Below the pieces are notes generated by a model. It saw only the letters and a list, made by a program, of their open reading frames with translations. It searched no databases and was not told the DNA's origin. Below, piece after piece: positions 11,401-17,250 of a DNA stretch of 45,517 bases; the first letter of the stretch is position 1; each line of letters begins with the position of its first letter. The stretch spans positions 1-45,517 of the forward strand of contig CAZEXE010000008.1 in NCBI GenBank assembly GCA_964516645.1, given 5' to 3'. The translations under genes were made by a program, and so were the position numbers. Origin of the DNA: an uncultured Candidatus Poseidoniales archaeon. GTDB taxonomy: Archaea > Thermoplasmatota > Poseidoniia > Poseidoniales > Poseidoniaceae.

Positions 11401-11470
11401 AGAGGATGAAAATGGATCATGGTGGTACCGTGACCCAGGCACTACCGAATGGAATGAATGGGCCGACTAA
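2420..11470 (+). CDS. Giant (3016 aa) type-I anchored cell-surface protein: signal peptide, 7 x (DNRLRE/CBM96-like + FN3-like) super-repeats, 8 Ig-like (Big_2-like) repeats, C-terminal TM, poly-acidic and Trp-rich cytoplasmic tail
   Basis: Uninterrupted 9-kb ORF.
- N-terminus: RRKITTSLLLVLMFLFADLALPQA, signal-like.
- TM: YYAGGILAILIVIVLLVVIVMVL (about 11156..11230).
- Tail: DYDDDDDEDDDDYVYEEEE ... GSWWYRDPGTTEWNEWAD.

N-x-S/T sequons occur throughout. Domain calls come from motif patterns, not from a search. Confidence 0.9.
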   Translation: MSSNSRDRRKITTSLLLVLMFLFADLALPQAVPNWPNEELEDSFIVLQTTSSFNPTKDAGIDSANPNTNYGSDETAGLGLGVAGESRILISFNNSVPSGDLVNDAILNLTCGIDPLQLGEINIFTSRMKRAWDEANVTWNNPDDGINWGLYGADDDSDHGTWEPPFYGYANNTFQIDVTAIVQDAVINSRSSIDLLLAATGSAYTCHMSDSMATNSRPSLTITHQNGTHTNGGSLSPNFVEDGAALMDESKFLLSAATNPELSWESMSGTAAQVQLSISPDFKSDADDAWYYSTVDNSSLFTINAGDGAMDVPIGHELSNSTTMYYRMRAIDSSDTIGPWQTGYFHLPGHTVTEVGGYGQISFTLDDLGLSEDTIEDTFVDSNGVAKNANMGNDDNITIGSSSSTDQYGLLRFNLDDIGLHSNSSIISANLALDRTGYSGTANVSFHIMDGDEWTENGVTWRKYDGTYYWDDGGRVPSMSVGQFEGDQSSSSIEVNLTVAIQKWIDDNNAANQAGTSTSNSLELMMVASTWGIEESTTQFVNLCSTEATGCDQPELEITYDWDSDGPPDIADPISPSGGEGVWNLTGDNLSGNTTPKLTWQTMSQGYNTAGQMYLQISSDAEFRNIIYDYDPSVNVTSSGFWDSWGTESGAPTHLPDGVLYHWRTAELNTTSGHHSWWSSTSFLVSGLESEYLQDDEHQLRLSHGNATTAGDSPSCEDTYIDSGTPSSNYNGEEEMQVSYNTFPSEATILLGCDLTSHLLPSGYAVKTATLKMRLADYPTGTPTIGAWESRQHNWSESTSTWSAFDGTNSWGTSGAKGWERAGLLDTEALDNSYSAGDWVEFDITLAVQNAMREDRAVDLILGIVGVGTGSDRDALFYPNNANSASRAEISFVYVPGSDALPSEPVPQTPLNGSWSVDSGINPAPDQNPHLSWNLSNSGVNVGGWSIELDTTSNFNSPDLIMATSWTDTGFDITNQTYDMTSLLETGNTWYWRVRATSVTNQIGNWSEPFHFLLPDVTTWSIDSNSAAVELHHRQAMPSLNLPNFIDTWVADSGVGATADQSSSSTFKVGTSATGENATALLKIPLTELPNPQNAHISNAVLNLYAQFGSDTGNAISIHPALVAWNTSANGTTYDGVNNWSSPGAMGTSDRGGMSDVRTGASADWMNFDVTELVQDAFANGDSHLSLMIVGSIDEGQTVFTSTDGGASERPWLNLTWATGNASSPEVAGTNTNPTIDEIIWDTSTHALLPGATPSFTWSHPSSSNVDDWRIFIWNDYSDERAGWNVYDSRESNSGWDLTNMTWTSPNSLSTGESYEWFIQPITDDILGARGNDTIFHIPASTGNSINSTDANISLQEGLIVEALDYPAIFIDTYLDSGSSNSAYGNSGIMIMGRSNLTTSLNHDSTSLLMVNWSNMPIPASHEFITATLTLNRLSGGENAQETIRIAVCEMLDNWDQNATYNGPTGANSSWSDVPCDTPFEIASIDYEDYTVDFDITYAVQHAHANGSDKVSLAFWVIDDTRDEWHFASSNYLLDESLRPELTLTWRTGTQWLPSPANNLHPSDGSTIWNESASRPKGADDNTMNWTAVESNETRWIMEVSMDDAFTDENETWSYDLSDNSTFNGTWDYSNLSYTIEDHDSGDHWVYWRIRAEQDHRLGKWSPVHSYRVPGEIGSDDGAGNHTVTLFDGSVFEETDSLPGVPDATIDSNRPNSALGDNGQLDLGISASGSGESNIILTFDLSEMPFPTAMTPTSALLSLYRNNVSGTSSLTVSAHACDTFTEDSVTWNSAPSCSSSEVTRSTMLVVPTNGWQVWDITSLAQSNVINGNQTLSIMLQSVGTPTSGHSFYDNSHNQYRPKLILEYVDNVNGVIPPGQPTLTYPADGAVLYNTSSWELESLDKPQLSWNSVSSATGYIVTIANTDGQQKYKSWEDSEINGTTFTFSQDLIAGEVYSWWVQAINGSIPGPSSSRRAFAIGLPVDHSYNNDHTWTYTFQTGNEVADLGHTNIRDSYIGSGFADMNHGSESMMVGTNCEGANTECRMILALDNSQVPLPLGAMIHSASLNLQVESSPAGTMTLSVHRLLTNAWSQSGSTWNSSEAGIAWSAGGMTAGVEYDSTPISSVTINSGTTEVWLDIGHDYMIIDEDHAWIVIATTPAGSPSWVEFYSSENSLEERPKILINYTDVHFISISPSGQTTDADSTVQFSHILEDELGGMVAEDVVWSVSDGSINSTGVFTPQSVGTHDVTACFGVICATESITVTPGQPVTLVVEDIEETITADETFTIVASIKDQHGNTVPGLTITYTPTNGTMSGTTFYPHDAGIQTVAVFWNGQTTDVTITVLGGVPTHYETSGCEQVVHAGETCELNWTLHDQYGNLLGLEVGGGITWTVGGGVFTEANGTYFAMTVGNYVLNMTSTGGIYHEIPIQVTHGEMTSLEINASSTFVTADDVVWLNTTRIDVMGNRLSVVIPQENWTISDGMITAGQPAEWHAQNRGSKTLTASYAGMSSSVVVQVSEGEITGLILVIDSVDSTGSLQEITADDEITIKVKAHDADGNRWTENVAWTIEHAQYTDQSVLQEMTYGSTTIFAPVWASDSVYTLRATFTDANITLDAILNISVAHGDLINIILYQPVELNQNIDADGEVPFLPMLFDGDNNTIDSSIISYTLENLDTGETSNITSTIIDNAGVWEATTVGEWAITAWAISSTGYNISETVAITVEHGDAVSVDLEVIADTAKAGDVYTLTITGTDADGNTFLESVLWTQDNKAVPASTIEGSDGVYNWSATTAGQHTFKFRSPSGAEDVWTVTVSAHQTVDRIELTIIEDSVLQLESFDIEVRTFDAWENEIPVPPETQVKLTGRMTAKLVENGKWTITTLDAEEQTVTIAVHNKEVSDSIVVEGTFMGFFEAGGTLYYAGGILAILIVIVLLVVIVMVLRSGGSDYDDDDDEDDDDYVYEEEEQPASTGPTGPPVVERGREDWMADYRVDEDDVEWAEDENGSWWYRDPGTTEWNEWAD
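2591..8968 (+). repeat. Seven-fold, about 1-kb (306-341 aa) diverged in-frame super-repeat inside the giant CDS
   Basis: The anchor motif D-[TA]-x-[VIL]-D-S (R-D-S-Y-I-G in copy 7) recurs in frame at nt 2591, 3548, 4571, 5558, 6533, 7526 and 8444. Each copy then has a ...W.E..VTW/TW... element and an ...RP.L.L/I.[YW]... module end. Six copies are followed by a beta-sandwich module ending YYRMRAID / YHWRTAEL / WYWRVRAT / YEWFIQPI / VYWRIRAE / YSWWVQAI. Confidence 0.8.
8969..11120 (+). repeat. Eight tandem ~90-aa Ig-like (bacterial Ig group 2-like) repeats forming a stalk
   Basis: Repeat ends read ITVTPG, ITVLGG, IQVTHG, VQVSEG, ISVAHG, ITVEHG, VTVSAH and IVVEG. Internal motifs of the form A.D..GN are present, such as KDQHGN, HDQYGN, HDADGN and TDADGN. 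Confidence 0.7.
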
Positions 11471-11516
11471 TCGAAACCTAAAGAATGGTAGAATTTGATG
11501 GGCAAAGGGGATTTCT

Positions 11517-14096
11517 GTGAGGAGGAGAGTTCTTTCATTGCTGGTCACCCTATTGCTGGTTCAAATCTCTGCACCGGTTATAGCTGCTACACCAGCCAGT
11601 ATCGATATCGACCCTCATGCCCAAACAGTGAGTGCAGACCAAGCAATTCGCTTCACTGCTATAGTGAAAGATTCCTCTGGAAATCCGATAAATGAACCAA
11701 TAACTTGGGCTTCAAGTTCCGGTTCTATCGATGATGAGGGTTTGTTTACCCCTGGAATGGCTGGGCAAACGACAATTACTGCAACTAGTGGCAATGTCAA
11801 TTCAACTACATCAGTAGTAGTTAGCCCAGGTTGGCCTGTAGGAATCCAATCAGGATTTAATGTGACTGAAATTAGCATAGATGACGAAATTCAACTCAAT
11901 GCAACTTTGGTTGACAGAGCAGGTAATCCAGTGGCAGGGGATTTGACTTGGAGATGTCAAAATGGGTATATTGACCATGACAACAAAACTTGGCAACCTG
12001 ATGAAGTTGGGACTGCTATTATGCGAATTATTCATCTTGAATTGGAACACCAAATTACATTCAATGTGGTACCTGGAAGTCCTAATTCTCTTGAGATACC
12101 ATTCGGATTGACCGTTCAAAGTGGAACTACAATTCACATTATTCCGATAGCTAAAGATGCTCAAGGAAATGAGGTCGGAATTTCAAAAGCCGGAGAATTG
12201 TCTTGGACTGCTGAGAATGGTTCGATATCTCCAGCAGGAGTCTATTTCGGAGGAACCCCTGGGGTTTGGAACATTAGTGTGAACAGCACATCCGGTGCTT
12301 TTGGACAGGGTGTTATTCGCGTATTGCCTGCACAGGCTACTGGACTAGATATTGAGATGGATACTACACAAGCACGAACTGGATCACCAGTTATTCTTTC
12401 AGCAATTAGGACCGATGTTCTAGGTAACTCAGGAGAAGTTGTTCTCCCTCTTGCAAATTGGACGGTCCCTACAGGTTCACTTTCAATGGATGGTGATTCA
12501 GTAGTCTGGATCCCTTCAAGGATTGGAGATTGGACAATCGGTGTTAGCGACCAAGGATTTTCTGCAACCATACAGGTAAATGTCATTCAAGGAGAAATCA
12601 TTGGAATTGATGTCTTGCTTTCTGAAGAAACCCTCCGCTCAGGAGACCTAATCGTGGCATCGATTTCTGCTTACGATGCCGCAGGTAATCATCGAGCTGT
12701 GGAAGGTGCTTGGACAATAGCAAGCGAACTATCACCTGAAGACCAAGGTGATTGGATGCAATTAAGACCTGGGCCAATTGGTAACTTTACAATTTCAGCA
12801 ACTTGGTTTGACAATGAAACTCAGATGGTTCATGAGGTCGATACAGTGTTGCATGTTTCTTCAGGTGAACTGGCTAGAATCATCCTTCCAGAAAGTGGAA
12901 CAAGAATTCCCTCTGATGGAGTTCTCGAACTTCAACCTAGATTCGAAGATGAGCATGGTAATCTTGTCAATGAAGTCTTGGTCACATGGGTAGTTGATGA
13001 TGTTGATTTGACGATGGAAATTCGTCTTGCAGGTGACAAATGGGCACCAGCATCTCTTGGAATGCACGAAATCCGAGCTATGGCGCAGGGTGTCTTCGCC
13101 ATTACTGACGTAGAAGTTATTGCAGGCACTGCAAGGCATATTTCAACAGATTATGATGATGGTATCGCAGTTAATAGTGGAGAAGAGGTTGAGATTACAA
13201 TCTCAACACTTGATGTTCATGGAAATGTTGCCTTAGCAACAGATATCGAGTTTGAATTTGAGGATCCATTAGGTGACATTTCACCTTCTTCCAAAGGCGA
13301 TGGTTACTGGATTGTGGAAGGAGGAGAAGCTGGTGAATGGAACTTGAGGCTCAAAACTGGTTCAGCAACCTTGGACATCACAGTAGATGTTTCTGCAGGC
13401 CAAGCGGTCAGACTACTTGTTGAAGTGCCAGAACAAAATCCAGAAGAAGGTAGCAATATGATTATCAGAGTCTATGCTATTGACCATGCAGGAAATAGAA
13501 TTGATGTACCTCAAGATGAGGTTACACTCAAGTGTACTGCAGGCTCAGTAGAGCATTTAGCCGGAGATACTTACGAGGTATCTATTGATCAGTCCGGACA
13601 ATCCCAATCATGTAATGCATATTGGGAGGACCTTGTTGCCCAACGGTTCTTCGATGTTGATGCTGTTTTGTTTGGAGGAGGGCTTGGTGACTCTAATACT
13701 GCTTTGACAATGGTCTCAATCATTATTTTCTTGTTCATTGCAATAATGCTGGTTCTGATTCGCCGATTGAAAGGTGAACAAAATGAAGTTGACTATTGGG
13801 AAGATGATGATTTCGAAGAATTTGAAGACGAGAAAGAACATCTTGACGATGGTGCAGTGCAAACACAAGATTCTCCAACACCTGCACCTGAACCAGTAGT
13901 CGAGATGAAGAAAGAGGATTCTGTAGAAACCAAGGAAGACTTGCGAGCAAGACTCGCAGAAGAAGCCAAGAGAACAGGTGTTATGCAAGCAGCTCCTGGA
14001 ACAGAGCAAGGCAAAACCGGCTGGTATATTGATTCAAATGGTGAATTGACATCTTGGCTTGTCAGTGAGACTGGCGAATGGACTAGAATGTCCTAA
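11517..14096 (+). CDS. Surface protein (859 aa): signal peptide, 8 Ig-like (Big_2-like) repeats, C-terminal TM, acidic and Trp-motif cytoplasmic tail; stalk-only paralog of the C-terminal third of the giant protein
   Basis: GTG start at 11517 (MRRRVLSLLVTLLLVQISAPVIAA, signal-like). Repeat ends are VVVSPG, FNVVPG, IRVLPA, VNVIQG, LHVSSG, VEVIAG and VDVSAG. TM is ALTMVSIIIFLFIAIMLVLI (13701..13769). The tail reads EVDYWEDDDFEEFEDE ... GKTGWYIDSNGELTSWLVSETGEWTRMS. Confidence 0.88.
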   Translation: MRRRVLSLLVTLLLVQISAPVIAATPASIDIDPHAQTVSADQAIRFTAIVKDSSGNPINEPITWASSSGSIDDEGLFTPGMAGQTTITATSGNVNSTTSVVVSPGWPVGIQSGFNVTEISIDDEIQLNATLVDRAGNPVAGDLTWRCQNGYIDHDNKTWQPDEVGTAIMRIIHLELEHQITFNVVPGSPNSLEIPFGLTVQSGTTIHIIPIAKDAQGNEVGISKAGELSWTAENGSISPAGVYFGGTPGVWNISVNSTSGAFGQGVIRVLPAQATGLDIEMDTTQARTGSPVILSAIRTDVLGNSGEVVLPLANWTVPTGSLSMDGDSVVWIPSRIGDWTIGVSDQGFSATIQVNVIQGEIIGIDVLLSEETLRSGDLIVASISAYDAAGNHRAVEGAWTIASELSPEDQGDWMQLRPGPIGNFTISATWFDNETQMVHEVDTVLHVSSGELARIILPESGTRIPSDGVLELQPRFEDEHGNLVNEVLVTWVVDDVDLTMEIRLAGDKWAPASLGMHEIRAMAQGVFAITDVEVIAGTARHISTDYDDGIAVNSGEEVEITISTLDVHGNVALATDIEFEFEDPLGDISPSSKGDGYWIVEGGEAGEWNLRLKTGSATLDITVDVSAGQAVRLLVEVPEQNPEEGSNMIIRVYAIDHAGNRIDVPQDEVTLKCTAGSVEHLAGDTYEVSIDQSGQSQSCNAYWEDLVAQRFFDVDAVLFGGGLGDSNTALTMVSIIIFLFIAIMLVLIRRLKGEQNEVDYWEDDDFEEFEDEKEHLDDGAVQTQDSPTPAPEPVVEMKKEDSVETKEDLRARLAEEAKRTGVMQAAPGTEQGKTGWYIDSNGELTSWLVSETGEWTRMS

Positions 14097-15752
14097 TCAT
14101 TCTTCTTCACAAGGGAATGAACCAAGGAACTCATCTATGTCGATAACTCCACTTCTATTGGTGTCAGCGTTATGGAAAATTACCCTATATTCATCACGAG
14201 TGAATTCGATATCCAATGCTTTCATTGCAGAGATAAATTCGCTCAATGTTAGGTGATTGTTATCATACACATCCGCTGCATGGAATGCTGCATGACGTAA
14301 TTTAAGTTCAGATGGTGTTGGATTGGAAAACAATTGACTAAACGTTTGGAAAGGAGTGGTTCTGACTTCATAATGCTTTTTACCATACAATTTGTATGTC
14401 GCAACACCGATAACTATTGCCGCAAATCCTCCGAAAATTGCTTTCTCTCCCATCACATACACCAAATATCCTCCAGAAATGACACCTACAATTTGCAACC
14501 ATGGGTAAAATGGTGATTTGAATGTGGGATGATACCAATCATGCTCAAATCTAGCACTTCGAAGAACGATTACACATAGATTCAAAGCTATTATCACCAT
14601 TATTTGGAAACCCGATGCTAATTTTGCAACATCTTTTACTGGAAGGGTTAAGATACAAACCGCCATTGTCAATCCGGTGATGATGATTGCCCAATGCGGT
14701 GTTTCAAACTTCGTATTTACATCTTCTAGTGACTCAGGCAATAAGTTATCCCTAGCCATAGCAAACAAGAATCTTGATGAGGCTAATACCCCAGAAAGCG
14801 CCCCTGAAATCATAGTTAGAACTGCTAAGATGGCAATAGCGATTCCAACTTTGGTTGATGCCACTGCATCAACGAATGCATATACCGGATCTTCCCTTGC
14901 AGTTCCATCATCATTCATCCACCAAGTCCCCTCAACTGAAGCCATCATAATGAAAGTGACAACGCAATATAGGAGGGTTGCAAATAGAAGTGATAGCAAA
15001 ATTCCTGATGGCAAATTTTTCTGTGGCTCCTTTACTTCCCCACCGATTGCTCCAACCTTAATTATTCCAGCATATGCAACGAAAACTAAGGCCGCTGCCT
15101 CTGCTAACAATTTCGGGTCATTCTGTGATACATCGACTGCACCATCAATAGGCCTTGAGAAATCGATGTTTGCATCAAATAATTGAATTATACATATGAT
15201 TAGGAGTAGGCCGGTTGTAAGTGCTAAAATCGGTGTCTGAACAGATTTAACTTTCTTGATTCCAAAAATATTCAATATTGTAATCAATACCAAAGCAGAT
15301 AATGCAACAGTCAATGAATTAGCTGTCACATCAAAGTATGTCGTGACCGCATACATATAAGCTGAAAAACCAATCAAAGCAAAAGCAGATTTCAATAAAA
15401 ATGATGCCCACAAACCAAGACCACTAATCGTACCCAATATCGGTCCAAATGTTCTCTCGATGTAAACATAGGAGCCACCACTTTCAGGCATTGTTGAGGC
15501 CAGTTCTGATTTCGAAATAGCCCCCGGTAAGACAACAATTGCTGCTAAAAGGAATGCCAACCATATTCCTGGACCCATTACCTCAGCCGCAAATGAGGGC
15601 AATACGAACAATCCGGAGCCAATCATTGCAGCCAAAGAAATAATGACTACTCCAATCAAATTTAGTGATCTTTCGAACTGTATTTTTACTTCTGAAACTA
15701 CAGATGCAATATCGCCTTTCAGCAACTTATCAGTAGTCGATTTAATTCCCAA
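14097..15752 (-). CDS. APC-superfamily amino acid/polyamine permease fused to a C-terminal EF-hand pair
   Basis: The 551-aa protein has about 12 hydrophobic helices and a typical APC N-terminus (IGSGLFVLPS). The C-terminal ~70 aa carry a canonical EF-hand loop DTNRSGVIDIDE (14130..14165) and a degenerate partner DVYDNNHLTLSE (14238..14273). The start is TTG at 15752, preceded by GGAGGTGA (rc of 15757..15764) and a 4-nt spacer. Confidence 0.85.
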   Translation of the reverse strand: MGIKSTTDKLLKGDIASVVSEVKIQFERSLNLIGVVIISLAAMIGSGLFVLPSFAAEVMGPGIWLAFLLAAIVVLPGAISKSELASTMPESGGSYVYIERTFGPILGTISGLGLWASFLLKSAFALIGFSAYMYAVTTYFDVTANSLTVALSALVLITILNIFGIKKVKSVQTPILALTTGLLLIICIIQLFDANIDFSRPIDGAVDVSQNDPKLLAEAAALVFVAYAGIIKVGAIGGEVKEPQKNLPSGILLSLLFATLLYCVVTFIMMASVEGTWWMNDDGTAREDPVYAFVDAVASTKVGIAIAILAVLTMISGALSGVLASSRFLFAMARDNLLPESLEDVNTKFETPHWAIIITGLTMAVCILTLPVKDVAKLASGFQIMVIIALNLCVIVLRSARFEHDWYHPTFKSPFYPWLQIVGVISGGYLVYVMGEKAIFGGFAAIVIGVATYKLYGKKHYEVRTTPFQTFSQLFSNPTPSELKLRHAAFHAADVYDNNHLTLSEFISAMKALDIEFTRDEYRVIFHNADTNRSGVIDIDEFLGSFPCEEE

Positions 15753-15756
15753 AAAA

Positions 15757-15764
15757 TCACCTCC
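15757..15764 (-). promoter_or_regulatory. Shine-Dalgarno GGAGGTGA for the permease TTG start
   Basis: The minus strand reads GGAGGTGA-TTTT-TTG GGA ATT AAA (M G I K). Confidence 0.6.
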
Positions 15765-15860
15765 GTAAGCAATAATGCAATACCGCTAATTTCCAGCACA
15801 AGCCAAGAGTAGTTATTCATTGCTACACATTTTCTTTACAAATGTGCGAATATTGTTGAC

Positions 15861-17249
15861 TCAAACTTTGGCGATAACTTTCATTTCAACCGCTATCGGA
15901 GTAGGTAAGGCACGTATTGCCAAGGTAGTTCTAGTTGGACCAACCCTTCCTAACGTTTCAGCCCACACCTCGTTATATCCTGCAAAATCCCTATCCATAT
16001 CAACCAAGAAAGATGTTACATCGATTACCTTGTCTAAGGATGAGCCTGCTTCTTCTAAAATTCGAGAAATATTTTCGATAACAGCCCTAGTTTGAGCTTT
16101 GATGTCATAATTGAGTGGTTTGCCATCTGCATCCTTAATTGGACCGCCTGGAATTGAATTATCACCTGGTTGTCTTGGTCCAACTCCTGAAAGGTAAATC
16201 AGATCTCCTTCTCTTCTTGCATGAGGATAAGCGCCTACAGGTTTGGGTGCTTTGGAAGTATTCACTGTGTTAGCACCTTCAACAGGGTCATATAGTGCTG
16301 GGCCAGAATTTGTAGATTCTGCGATATGTGACTTTTTCTCAGAGTCTAGTACATTTCGGTCTCCCCCGAAATAATCAACATCGTCTTCATCGTACTCCTT
16401 ATCTCCAGTACCATTGGATTCGGGATCTAGAACAACAACTGCTGCACCAGCACCATGTATAGGTTCGTAAGCAAGAACTTCCCCCGTTAGGTCATTGCGA
16501 TTATCATTCATTGCAGAAAGCCACCACATCGGCTTGAATGCTACTACCTTCTTCACTCTAATCTGATCGTGAATGGTTCTACTTAACTGACCAACGTCCT
16601 CAAGACGCCCTTCAGACAAAAACTCCAAAATTTTCTGATTCCATTCTTCATCTTTTAAGGAATGAATTCTATCTTCATGTGGTTCGATGGGTTCAGTGAA
16701 CATTCTGTTCGAAAGCGACATTACAGAAACAGCTACTGCTTTCTTTCCTTGTGCTTTGATTACATCCATACATGCTTTTGCTAATACCGTGGTCTCGGCA
16801 CGGTTTGAATATACATTTGTAGAACAAATTACCGCAGGAATACGATTATCTGGATTTAGTAATTCCAACGCTACTACTGAACCTACATCGATTGGGAAGC
16901 CATGGTATGCAACAGTGCGTGATTCAAGCCCTCTAGCAATATTCGCTTCATTCCAAGCAATAGCGAATTCTGCATCGATTTTCAAAGAGTAATGTATGCT
17001 TCCCAAATCATGGAAATCCGCATCCACCATCACCCACTCTGGATTCGGGTCGGCCTGTATTTGATGGCCGATTACACTTGGCCATAATGTTGAATAAATG
17101 ATGATTAAATCTGCATCACTATCTTCGATTTGTCTGCGCGCGTCATCATAAGCATCTCTAACTCTTTGCCATCCTTCATTTTTCTCAGGACACAAAACCG
17201 GATGAGGGTGAGCAGGTACAATCAACGATTTGATTACTTCACCAGACAT
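15861..17249 (-). CDS. Fusion protein: non-catalytic LigB-family (class III extradiol dioxygenase, AmnA-like alpha) domain plus C-terminal RidA/YjgF/TdcF (2-aminomuconate deaminase-like) domain
   Basis: The likely start is ATG 17249 (MSGEVIKSLIVPAHPHPVL), 1 nt after the upstream TGA (17253..17251); the track start at 17321 overlaps by 71 nt.

The N-domain is a paralog of the upstream gene, but the SPHW and SHRH His motifs are replaced (YSTLW, SNRM). An acidic linker follows (DKEYDEDDVDYF). The C-terminal ~135 aa carry the RidA signature: PKPVGAYPHARREGDLIYLSGVGP ... TTLAIRALPTPIAVEMKVIA. Confidence 0.75.
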   Translation of the reverse strand: MSGEVIKSLIVPAHPHPVLCPEKNEGWQRVRDAYDDARRQIEDSDADLIIIYSTLWPSVIGHQIQADPNPEWVMVDADFHDLGSIHYSLKIDAEFAIAWNEANIARGLESRTVAYHGFPIDVGSVVALELLNPDNRIPAVICSTNVYSNRAETTVLAKACMDVIKAQGKKAVAVSVMSLSNRMFTEPIEPHEDRIHSLKDEEWNQKILEFLSEGRLEDVGQLSRTIHDQIRVKKVVAFKPMWWLSAMNDNRNDLTGEVLAYEPIHGAGAAVVVLDPESNGTGDKEYDEDDVDYFGGDRNVLDSEKKSHIAESTNSGPALYDPVEGANTVNTSKAPKPVGAYPHARREGDLIYLSGVGPRQPGDNSIPGGPIKDADGKPLNYDIKAQTRAVIENISRILEEAGSSLDKVIDVTSFLVDMDRDFAGYNEVWAETLGRVGPTRTTLAIRALPTPIAVEMKVIAKV

Positions 17250-17250
17250 T

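Noticed and set aside
11196-11498. A 100-aa ORF with a poly-Met/Lys run (MTMMMMKMMMITCMKK).
   Set aside because: It is an off-frame reading of the GAT/GAA trinucleotide run that encodes the poly-Asp/Glu tail of the giant protein. It lies entirely within that CDS.
14677-15186. A 169-aa plus-strand ORF antisense to the APC permease.
   Set aside because: The opposite strand encodes a full-length 12-TM permease with family motifs. The antisense translation shows no TM or domain logic.
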